Shown here: piece by piece, positions 1 to 11,438 of the stretch
Position numbering within the stretch: the first letter of the stretch is position 1
Layout of the letters: every line of letters starts with the position of its first letter
Source: Blastocystis sp. Blastoise
Lineage: Eukaryota > Protista > Bigyra: Opalinata
Assembly (NCBI GenBank): GCA_039096225.1
Contig: JBBPEB010000014.1
Span: 1,922,001-1,986,000, forward strand
Reading direction: 5' to 3'
DNA length: 64,000 bases
Translations under genes and position numbers: made by a program
Notes under the pieces: generated by a model
Database searches by the model: none
Seen by the model: the letters and a program-made list of their open reading frames with translations, nothing else
Told to the model about the DNA's origin: nothing

Positions 1-365
1 TGAATTATAGTTTAGAGAATTTGTTTTTGTAACCATAGGAGATTCAATGCATTTACTAACGATTCATCGACATTCTAGATCCAGTAATGGTTTCTGTGGA
101 CAGTGTGTGTTTCGAAGATCTACTATTTAGTATAATTAGCATATTATTCATAAAGTATTATTGATAAGCTTCTCAAAGGAGAGTCATAGTCAAAAATAAT
201 AGAATAAATACATTTTTATTGTGAAACCAATAGAACTACGGAAAATATCATGGTATTTACTGAGATATGAATAATTATCATGATTTTTATTGTTTCGATT
301 CACGAACAAATGTTATAATTTTATTTAACAAGAGTATTTATATTTGAACAATAAATATCTATAGA

Positions 366-614
366 ATGATTGAATTATCTTCTGATGTTGTTGATGATTT
401 AAAGTATCTCTTTGAATATGCTGATTCTGATAAGGATGGAAAGATTAGTATTCAGGAATTCAAGAATATGCTTCAAGAAACAAGTGAAGAATGTATTTAT
501 GAAGAAGATATTGTTAATAATATGAAAGCTATACATATGGATCTAGATATTTTAACTTTCGATGATGTTCTCACTTATGAAAAGAATTATATGACTGTTG
601 ATGATGATGAATAG
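366..614 (+). CDS. Small EF-hand calcium-binding protein (half-calmodulin-like), intronless
   Basis: 82 aa ORF with canonical EF loop DSDKDGKISIQE preceded by LKYLFEYA; degenerate second hand (DLDILTFDDV); acidic. Confidence 0.75.
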   Translation: MIELSSDVVDDLKYLFEYADSDKDGKISIQEFKNMLQETSEECIYEEDIVNNMKAIHMDLDILTFDDVLTYEKNYMTVDDDE

Positions 615-1076
615 CTTTTTATCGTTGCTTGCATTTGTTTTGTTTTTATTAATTTATTTGAATTTGAGAATTATGTAGCATTCTAGTGTATTTTAATATA
701 ACTGAGTGTAAATATTGTAAAATATACGTACTTGAAAGAGATCACTAGGAGAAAACCGATAATTATATATTTATGGCTCATTCTCTTAAAAGTGAAATTA
801 TTTAAGTATGTGTTTGAGAATTGATTCAGAATTCAATTAGATTTATTGAATAATAACAGTGGAGTGATGACATTTTGTTAATTGTTGACGGAGAATTATG
901 ATAAGTGCATTTTTATTTTGATGGAATAAACTATATGTTTTTTCTCAAGATATTTAGAAACATTTTCTTGTCATTTTAATCAATATAGCATGAGTATTAA
1001 AGAAAATAAAAATTCGTTTTGTTTTTTTAGTTAAGAATAAGACTATATAATAACTTTTATAGTTTAAAAGGGAATA

Positions 1077-3211
1077 ATGAATCCAGATAGTGTAGATACC
1101 AAGGATAAACAACAAATTCCTTTGATCAATGGATTATCAATTAATTATAATCGTACAAATATAGATTCTTTACAGAAGAAATCAGAAAAAACAATAGTTT
1201 CATTGAGCGATAATTTGAATGAAAAGAAGCCAAAGTCTGTGTATGTTCCACCTAGCCAGTTAGAGTTATTGAAATCACAGTTTACTGCAAGAAAGCCAAT
1301 GCAGTACGAGTTAGATTTAATGAAACGTGGAAAGACTATTGAAACATCCGATAGACTGATAATACCGACAGAGAATAAAGTTAAAAAAATATCCAAGATG
1401 TCTCTTTTACCTACTCCTGACCAATTAGCTCCATCTATGAAATCTTCTGTTCAAAATACCAAACGGATAAGTAACGAAAATGTTGATAAGTCTAATCCAG
1501 TTCCTCGTGTTGGTTCATTAACTAAAAAGAAGTCTCTATCTAAAACTGTGTCTTCTTTACCTATTAATGATGTTCAAACATTTTTATCATTAAAACAATT
1601 ACCTATGAAATCTACAAATATAATAGTATCTTTATTTGGATGGGAAAATTGTTATAAAGCAAATGAGCGTCAAAAGTCGATATTACTTGGATTAGATTAT
1701 ATATATAAGCTTTCATTAGATAGTAATAATTTTCATGCTTTTGGAACAGATATATATCAATGTTTTTATGATATTTCTAAAGTATATTTATATTGTTAAA
1801 CTATATTATATATTTCAATGTTATTTTTGTTTATATATATATATAATTTTTATTTTCTATTATATTTATAAATACTGTTGATATGAATAATTTGATATTC
1901 TATATAGTAAATAGATATATAGTATTCTATAGTATATATATATTATATATATAGGCTTCTGTTGATCCAATTCGTTCAAGATGTTTATTATATTTACAAA
2001 AATGTGGTAAAATTTGGAAGTTATCTATAGAGAAAGAGGGATGGAAAGGGAATAGTATTCCAAATGCTCAAGAATTATTGGATGCTTCTATGTTAGCTTA
2101 TTCTTTAGATTGTCTTTCGATTTATTCAAACTTAAAACAAACAATACAACCTTTTTTTTATACAGAAGATTCTAATCATAAGAATAAAATGTATATATAT
2201 ATTTATATTGTAGAATTTATTTTATTTTGGTTATTGTTTTGATTTTATTTTTACTAAAATAAATTTTATGTTATGTTAATAATAAGTATAATAATACTAT
2301 TAATAATAATAAATATAATAAATATAATAATATTTATACAGAAAATCAGGTCAATATAGTTGCGCGGATCTTTTTGGTTGGGATCCACGCACTGAATGTA
2401 TTCCTAAGGATATGACTGAAATGTGCTTAAAATGTAAAACTTTTTCTTCCAGAGGAAGTAATAAATGCAAGTATATATATATATATTTTTAATTTTATAT
2501 ATATATTTTTTAATTTTATATAAATTGAACTATTTTTTATGCTTTTGATAAATAAGTTATTATATAATTTATTAAAAGTATATTATAAACCATTATTTCA
2601 TTATATATATATATATATAGTCAATGTAATAAGAATCTATATACATTGTCTCCATATCGTGCTCTTTCAAATGCACTTATATATATGTATTATATTAATT
2701 CCTTAGGATTAGAAACAGATATATCTTATGTAGAATATCTAGCTTGGTTACCTATGTTAAAACCTTATTGTTCACCCAATGAAATTGAAGGATATATGTT
2801 TAATGACCAATCATATCTTGTATATTTTTATTTATTTGATATTTACTTTTTTTTATATGTGTATGTAGGTTTCTTTTTTTTAAATATTTGATATAATATA
2901 TTAATATATTGGTTTTTAATAATATTATATTTATTATTTCAAAATACATTTCTTTATTTATAAAAAAGATTAATATATAGATATATTAATTAAATTAGTA
3001 TATAAAAATTTATATACATTATTTATATAAATATATTATTAAACATACACGTATATATAACTAGATAACTCATGTAATCTTTACCTTATCCAGTTGGGGT
3101 CAATTAACATTATCTCCTTCTTTATTACCTCATGAATATATATATATTAAAACTTATCTTCCTTTCTATATTCAATTAAAAGATATTCATCTTATAGGAG
3201 AATTTATAGAA

Positions 3212-3295
<84 letters not shown>

Positions 3296-3811
3296 CATAG
3301 TATTTATTAAAAGTATTTTATGTTTTTATTCAATGTTATTCTCTGCAAAGAATTTTCTTATATATATCTATATTTTAATAATATACTACTAACGAGTATT
3401 CAATATAAAATATTTTTTTACATTATTTTTTTCAAAATCAAATAATTCTATTAAAAAGAAAACTATTATTATGATTATTCTCTTTATGATCATTATTTCT
3501 ATAATTAGTGTTTACGTATATTTGGAATACAAGATGATAATTCTATAATAAAAGAAGGATATGATACATTATTAAAGTTACAAAAAGAAGATGGATCTTG
3601 GGATAATGATGGATCTAAAGATAATTATACGGTATATCATGCTGTAATGGTTAGTTGTCAAGCATTATTAAATACACATTATAATGGACAAGGTCCTGCT
3701 AATGTTCTTTTAAAAGACATTCTACAAGAATGGGTCAATATTGAATTTAAAGACCGTGAAACAGTTCCTGTTCCTGTTGAATTGAATGATCGTTGTGAAC
3801 CTAAACAGTAA
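1077..3811 (+). CDS. Multi-exon protein with C-terminal alpha/alpha-toroid (terpene cyclase/prenyltransferase-like, QxxDGSW) domain and a CxxC zinc ribbon
   Basis: Exons join in frame across GT-AG introns. Motifs: CLKC...CNQC, QSYLITHVIFTLSSWG, HLIGEFIECLRIFG, LLKLQKEDGSW, YHAVMVSCQAL. TAA at 3809-3811. Confidence 0.65.
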
Positions 3812-4240
3812 TAAAAAGTATCTCTTGGATTTTATTTCTACTCTATTTATTAGTTGCAAACACATTTTTATTTTTATTTAAAAGTTGTTGTGCTATTCTA
3901 TAAATGGTATTAGAAGAAATTAATGATGAATTAATTTATTTTAATAACAAATATATATAATAATGAAATTTTTATACTGTTTTCAATCATAAAATGACAT
4001 TACAATGATCTATCTTATAAACAAATACAATTTGAACACAAAATGGCGTTTTTTAGAAATTATTTCTTGATAATTTATCTTCTAAACAGCATAAATTTAA
4101 CAATTTTCACTCATTTAATTACAAGACGTATAATGTTGCCATAAGAAAACAAAGAACAAAAATATTTTTTTTATATGTAAACTTCTAATCAGATTGTCCT
4201 TCGGTCCTAATTTTATCAAAACCCGAAATGTTTGTTAGGC

Positions 4241-4394
4241 ATACTTACCTTGTGGGGGCTCGGTCGTGATCATGCAGGCGACTGACCTGAGGTGGAGCAA
4301 GCCTTTGCACTCTGGCGTTGTAATATCTCAAGCTTTCATTTTTGGAATCTACCACACAATTTTTGGGGTTGGAGGTTGCGCTTGCGCACCTCCC
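4241..4394 (+). ncRNA. U1: U1 spliceosomal snRNA
   Basis: Starts ATACTTACCT; SL-I loop GATCATGCAGG (U1-70K site); SL-II loop TTTGCAC (U1A site); helix H TGTGG/CCACA; Sm site AATTTTTGG; terminal hairpin GGAGGTTGCG-CTTG-CGCACCTCC. GC-rich island in AT-rich DNA. Confidence 0.95.
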
Positions 4395-4750
4395 TATCAT
4401 ATTAATTTAATTTTTTATATAAATATATTATATATGTTTTTCTATGTTATTATTTGTTCAAAAATGTTGTTTAATAAATGAAGAATAAAACTCAATAAAA
4501 GATACACAATACTATTAACAAGATTCAACACAATAAAGAAAGAATATTACAAATAAAAAAACAACTAAAGAATATAGGAAGAATAAACGTATAAATAAAT
4601 ATAGTTGATATGTATTACTATTCTAAATATAATACAAAAAATCAAAGAACTAATAATTCCATTGTGTACTATACAAAATAAGAAAAAAAATTACATTATA
4701 CACAATCGATATATATAACAAAATGATTATAATATATATATATAATATGA

Positions 4751-5194
4751 CTAATTATCAAAAGATAATCGCATACGAATAGCTTCAAGTCTAAGATTCT
4801 TTCCAATAACTCCAGCAACTTGTCCATCTCTATACCAATCAGACCAATTCTTGTTTTGTTGGAAGACTTGATATTCAATATGCATGTTATCGGCCTTAAG
4901 TATTTGAATTTTGATGGCTTCCATTCTTAATCCGCATCCTGTAGTACCACAAATTTCACCATCTCCTGTTGGTGGCATCCATCCTATATTTTGAACATAA
5001 GATTCCATGGATATAACCCCTGGACCTTGATACCATAATCGAATAGCTTCTAATCGTAAGGCTTTACCTACAGTACCACAAATGTATCCTTCTCCAACAG
5101 GTTTTAACCATCTTAAGTTTTGTAGATGTCCGGAATAAGCTAGGAGTGGCCGTTTTAATATTGGAAATGGACTAGTCAAATCGATTGTATCCAT
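4751..5194 (-). CDS. Clostridial hydrophobic W (ChW) repeat protein, 3 repeats, intronless
   Basis: Three repeats of Y..HxQNxGW....GxxxGTxGxxLRLEAIxI, e.g. YVQNIGWMPPTGDGEICGTTGCGLRMEAIKI. Confidence 0.88.
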   Translation of the reverse strand: MDTIDLTSPFPILKRPLLAYSGHLQNLRWLKPVGEGYICGTVGKALRLEAIRLWYQGPGVISMESYVQNIGWMPPTGDGEICGTTGCGLRMEAIKIQILKADNMHIEYQVFQQNKNWSDWYRDGQVAGVIGKNLRLEAIRMRLSFDN

Positions 5195-5236
5195 TTATAT
5201 GAATAGTATTGATCTGTATTTCTGTTTTAAGAATAA

Positions 5237-8020
5237 CTGTCAAACGCGTATCGTTTTTTTCTCAAACGCGTATTTTTATGTTTTTGTGTATATTTTGTTT
5301 TTGGTTGAACTCAGTTGATATTTATTTTTTTTAAATAATTTTTTGCATAAACTCTTTTCTAATCTATCAGAGACTACTTCATAAATATGAAGTGTATACA
5401 CATAATACACAATGAAAAATCAGTACACAAAGTTGCTCGTCTTATTTTATAGTACCAACTTTTTTAATGACAAGAGCGACTTATTAAAAAGAGTTAATCT
5501 AAAAAATATATAAGAATATGTTTATCTTCAAGAATATACAAATAATTTTCACTCAAATGAGTTTGAGCAAGTATCACTTGAATAATGTTCTTTCAAAATT
5601 AGTCTATTACAACATAAATGAGGTCTATATCGTCTGCAATTATTGTTAACGTATCTATCTTAAAAATTAGTAATATCTTATCAATAATTTAGTGCTAATT
5701 CTCATATTATTATCATTAAAAATCATTATTTGTTGGATATTATAATCAACCCTAAATCAAGACTAATATAAATGATAAAATAATCACTTAACATTAAGAA
5801 ATACACTACCTTTAGACACACAATTAACAACTGTTTTTTATAGTTTTATATATTGAGTTAACAATCCTACTCATAAAATAAATTAGTTAAAGAAATAATA
5901 TGTCAAGTTATTTATAAAATAATATCTATGTATAAACATATAATAAAAATTAAGAATAATGAAAAAGACAACAAAAAATTTCACACTCATTCCTTTACTC
6001 CATGAATATTCCTGATTACTGAAGTTCATAGAATGATTAACTAGTTTCTATTTTTATATATGTATAAAATATAAGCCGTGCTTATTTATATTATTTATAT
6101 TAAAATATTTGAAATTAAATTTAGTGTTTCAAAAAGAGGATTTTATTTTTTTTTACATTTTTTATTGTTTTTCATAAAAACACTAACTAACTATGATATT
6201 TTGACGGTTAATAATAAGTCACAGAGTATTGAAATTTTGGTATATTATGCATCTATCAATCTATATTATATATATAAACCTTGAAAACAATTAATGAAAT
6301 ATTTATTGATTCAAGGGCATGATAACAATACCCTAAAACGAGTTTTTAAAAAATGTATATTATGTCAAATATATATATGTTTTCTTTATGTGTTTATTTC
6401 TCTTTATTATATTTTTTGCAACTATAGTCGAATATCTATCATTTTTAAATAATTTAAAATTCTGAAATTTATTTATAATTTATATTACTTTATTGTCAAA
6501 AAGTATGAAAAAAATGCATTTCATTGTGTTGTATCATAATGTATTGATTCTAGAATTTTCACTATCATAATGTAATAGCAAGCATATAAACAGTTTGAAA
6601 CTGCACATACTTTTGAATTTCTATTTTTCAATATGGGAAAAAAGAAAAAAGTGTAAAAAACTCAAAAAGCCATATACATATAATTTCTTTTGTGTTAATA
6701 AATATTAAAATATTTATATATAAATCTATATTTTACTAAATAGAGATACTTAACATTGTACTAATTTAATATATATAAACTGTTCCCAATCTACATGAAG
6801 AGATAGGTAACCTGACATTAATTAATAACAGAAAAAAATCATTTTTTTTTTGGCTTTTTCTTTCTTTTAGCAGCTTTCTTTATACCAGTAAGAATTATTT
6901 GTTTTTTAAAATATCATTTGAATATTTATATAAGAGAGTGTTAAATATATAAGAATATATTTTTTTTGTTTTTAATTCAATAATTATCAAGAACTATCAC
7001 TAAGTGTAACAACCCTTTTTTAGAAAAACACTTTAACGTCAATTGAAAATGATTATTTTTCTCCATAAGGAAAATATTAAAAAGATATTTATTAACATAA
7101 TATTAAAGTTCACATAACATATATCTTATAACTATAAATTAAAATTATAAATAAATCAATTTGGTGAAACTAGACGCTTGCAAATCCATAATAAATCAAA
7201 TTTTCTGTTTAGTGTTAATAAACTATGAAGAACTAATTTTTATGTTTTTTGCTTATTGTTGTAGTCAAAAGTATTTGGTACTCAAGAAAATATAATTATT
7301 TTTAGTTTGATGATATTGGAAGTTAATCATTTACAATTCTAATAATTATAAAATATTTTATAATCTACAAAAATTATTATGAAAAATATTCACGTCATAT
7401 GCAACCTAAAAATAAAAATATGACTGTCTGAAATAAAAGACAGAAACCTGAAAATGAGAATTATGACATGACAAATATATTTATTGTTTTATTTATTTTA
7501 TTAATTAGTTCAATCATTTAATCATAGTACAATAGTTGAAATCAATTTGAGAAGAATCTGATTATTTATAATAGGGATTTCAACCCATTCAAAATTTTAT
7601 CTCATATATTTAGCTTTTAAGTCATTACAATATATTTAAAGTACTCTGTAGAAAGTAAATCATAATAAATTAAAACAAACAAAGAATATGAAGTTCAGTA
7701 TCACGACCTAGAAGACAGTTTCAAAGACTTATTTGTCGACAAGATTATGTCAGAACTCATTCTCTATGTGTATTTACGAAATCAGAATGACCTAACAAAG
7801 TTTGACAGAGTACACCCTTGAAATGAATACAATTTGACTCTTATTTTTCTTCTTCATAAGGCACTAATGAAATATTTAATCATATGTTGTGTGTAATAGC
7901 ACTGAAGCTTGACATAAAAAGTTATATAGCTAAGAAAAAAATATCACAGTTATTCTTTTATTTTAGAAAATAATCTTGAGAAAATACGCGTTTGAGAAAA
8001 AAACAATACGCGTTTGACAG
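5237..8020. mobile_element. Non-autonomous or degenerate DNA transposon with 40-bp terminal inverted repeats and ATAA target-site duplication
   Basis: 5237-5276 CTGTCAAACGCGTATCGTTTTTTTCTCAAACGCGTATTTT is the reverse complement of 7981-8020 with 1 mismatch. ATAA flanks both ends directly (5233-5236, 8021-8024). No long ORF inside. Confidence 0.8.
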
Positions 8021-8215
8021 ATAATCATGAATGAAACGATATTTCAAAGGGAAAACCACTTGTTTTTCATTAGTTTTTTGATTTTTTTTGAATTATTACA
8101 TATTTAAGAATATATATAGTTAATATAACAAAACAATTACTTAGAATGGCTTATAATACAGTTGATAAAAATGAAACTAAGATTATAAAACACTAACACG
8201 CGCAAATTAAAAACA

Positions 8216-8641
8216 TTAATTATCGAAAGAAAGACGGAAACGGATTCCTTCTAATCGGAGAGCTTCACCAGAAGTACCACAAACTTCACCATCTTTAACC
8301 CATTGAGTCCATCCTTTCTTTTGAACAAAACCTTGATATTCAATATGAACACCAGGACAATTAACTATTTGACATTTCAAAGCTTCTATTCTGAAATTTC
8401 TTCCAGTTGTACCAGCTAAAGCACCAGTACTAACACCTGGAAGCCAACCTAAATTTTCAACATGAACTTCAGTAATAATAGAACCAGGACCTTGATACCA
8501 TAATCGAAGAGCTTCTAACTTTAAATTCTTTCCAGGACAACCAGCAATCTTTCCTTCAAAAACAGGACCTTGCCAACCAACATTTTCTACATGACCTTCA
8601 TAACAAAGTACTGGACGTCTTACATCAGGAAAATTAGACAT
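8216..8641 (-). CDS. ChW repeat protein paralogue, 3 repeats, intronless
   Basis: HVENVGWQ...LKLEALRL / HVENLGWL...FRIEALKC / FVQKKGWT...LRLEGIRF. Shares LWYQGPG and the C-terminal RLSFDN with 4751-5194. Confidence 0.88.
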   Translation of the reverse strand: MSNFPDVRRPVLCYEGHVENVGWQGPVFEGKIAGCPGKNLKLEALRLWYQGPGSIITEVHVENLGWLPGVSTGALAGTTGRNFRIEALKCQIVNCPGVHIEYQGFVQKKGWTQWVKDGEVCGTSGEALRLEGIRFRLSFDN

Positions 8642-9979
8642 TGTAAATGATATTTATTATTTAAAAAAAATTAATAATGAAGAAATAAAAAAATATGTTA
8701 TCTTTCTCTAGATCTTTCTTAAAAAAGATCATTTCAGGAAAAATATGTTCAGTTACTGTAAGATCTTAACGAATGTTCTTTAATTTATATATATTTATAA
8801 GTTTCCACTTTTTCTTATTATATATTTTTATAAATACTATTTTAATATTTAAAAAAATAATATTCATTTTAAATAGAGTGTACTATAGACTTGAAAGTTA
8901 TATAATGAATAGTGTCAGATTGCGGGAAATGTATTTGTAATTTTAATAATAAACTATATATAATCTGTATAATATATATGACATATAATCAGATTATATC
9001 GTAATGACTTGGTCTCTATTTTTTATAGTTTGATAATAAAAAAATGATAATTTGTGATTATAATTCTTCAGAATTCTACTAATCTTATATAAGAATTATG
9101 AACAAACATATAGAAATCTTTTGTCATCTTTTTTATGTTATAAAACAAAAAATATCTAACGATGACCATAATACTAATTATGATTCAAAGTATCTTTAAT
9201 ATTTATTTATAGAATAGTTACTGACTTATGATTTGGCATATCTATTTTATGATCTATAAGATAGTTATTGTTTGTTCATTCTGCATATTCTTCATTTTAT
9301 GTGTTTTATCTTTTTCCCATGTTTATGAATAACATTTATTTTCTATTTTGGTAGTATTCTTTGATTTTATGTATATGAAAACAATATAAGAAACGTATAA
9401 TCATATTCTTAGACAACATAATATATGCTGTGAAGTCTAATGCAGAAATCGATTACCATTATCTTATATATATATTTTATTTTAAAGAAATGACATATCG
9501 TCCAGCAAACTAGAGTTTGAGAGTAGAATTATGACAAATCAGAATACTCACTTAATACTATGTTCTCCTATAAATACTATGATCATCACTAAATAGAAAC
9601 AACTTGGTTAATTTTGGAATCCAATTTTATTATTTGTTGTGAAAGAAAACAAGAAGAATGCGATCATTGTTGACATCAAGTATATAATTATATACTAGTA
9701 TCCTAATTAAAAGTTGAGCTTTGAGCATAGATTCATTACTTTCATGCTATATAGTTAAAATACTACTTTAGACAGTAAAAAACAAGAGAATAATAAGAAA
9801 TGAAATGCAATCAATAGTTTTTTTAGTATATTTATGGTTATTTATTCTATAGTCTCACAAATTTTAAAACCTATAAAGGTGTTTATTTTTTCTGTTAACA
9901 ATAATAATTTCACAGTTTTTCAAGAGAAATAAGGTTGCTTCAATCTAAATGATGCACTTTTTTTTCTCATCTATGGTTG

Positions 9980-11362
9980 ATGATTAAAACTATGATCATT
10001 ATACTTTTTCTTCTATCGCCCATTGAGGCTACTAGTGATAAAGGTTATGATTCATCAGTTTGTGAAGCGAATGATCTTATAGCTGTCATTCAGAAGTTCT
10101 TTTCTGGTAATCCACTGAATGATAAATGGTCCCTTTATAAAATTGAAAATTATAATCCAGTTCTTATATATGAAGATCAAGGGAGATATGAAGATAGTTA
10201 TGTGGAAAGTCGAAAATCGGTGTTATGCTTGCAAATGGACACTGAATATATGGTGTCACTTGACTCATTGTATGTTTTCTTTTGTATTTTTAGCATTATT
10301 ATATTTATAATTTGTTGTATAGAGATCGCAAGGGATGGGGTAATAGCGTTACAGATAAAACAAGATTAGAAATATCAATTTTTGACTTTATAATTATTCG
10401 ATTAAATTTACCATATCATAGTGGTAGAATAGTTGAAAACCTTAATTATACATTCTTTTGTATATATATATATATATATAGAATTTTAAATAATATTTAA
10501 TTAAAATACAATTATTTTGTTTTCTTTTGTCAATTATCTTTATTAATTAGTTCATAAATAAATAAATTAATGAATAAATTAATATATATATATATATATA
10601 GCATCAGTATTATTATCTTCAATGGATTTATGGAGTTATTCAAAAGAACCTCAATATTCGTCTTTATGGAAATATTCTGAGAATCTACTTTCATGGAGAC
10701 AGTTTTATCCTTCAAATCCCTTAGAAAAAGATGTGATTACTATTTATTATCGAAATTATTTATTTATTCCTAATAAATATACACATTTTATTATGGATAT
10801 TTCTATACGAAGTAATTGTGGTTTTATTGTTTATATTAATGGAAAAGAAATGATAAGAAAATATTTAACGAAGTATATATATGTAGATATTGAATATATA
10901 TTTATGTTTTTTAAAAAAATATTTTCTATATTTTTTTAATGTTAATTATGATTATATATATATATATGTTTATAGTGGTATTGTATATCCAAATACAACA
11001 AGTACTTTTATTAACTTTGAAACTTATGATACTATGTATATATATATATATTCATGATTATTTATATTATAATACATAGTAAATCACTATAATACATATG
11101 ATAATTATAATAAATATATATCTATTTTAGTGTTACCTTTAATTCAAAGATACATCCACCTCAAAATCGTTATTATTTAATTGCTATAGAATCTCATGCC
11201 TATTCTATTTCTAATATAAAACCCGAAGTGTTTATTCCACTTGTTCATATATTTCATAATACAGGTATTTATATATTATATATATATATTATTTATATAG
11301 ATTTAATTATTATTATTTTTTTTAATTTAATTCTACCATCATTTTTAGTATTCTCTAAATAT

Positions 11363-11438
<76 letters not shown>

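Noticed and set aside
39-130. Coding-like fragment at the window start
   Set aside because: Too short, with no recognisable motif; it may be a terminal exon of a gene outside the window but cannot be supported.
4229-4236. TGTTTGTT motif and possible polyadenylation-created stop codons (known in Blastocystis)
   Set aside because: This copy lies just upstream of U1, and every gene model in the window ends in a genomic stop, so there is no evidence for the mechanism here.
4266-4481. 71-aa ORF
   Set aside because: Overlaps the U1 snRNA; its GC content is explained by RNA structure.
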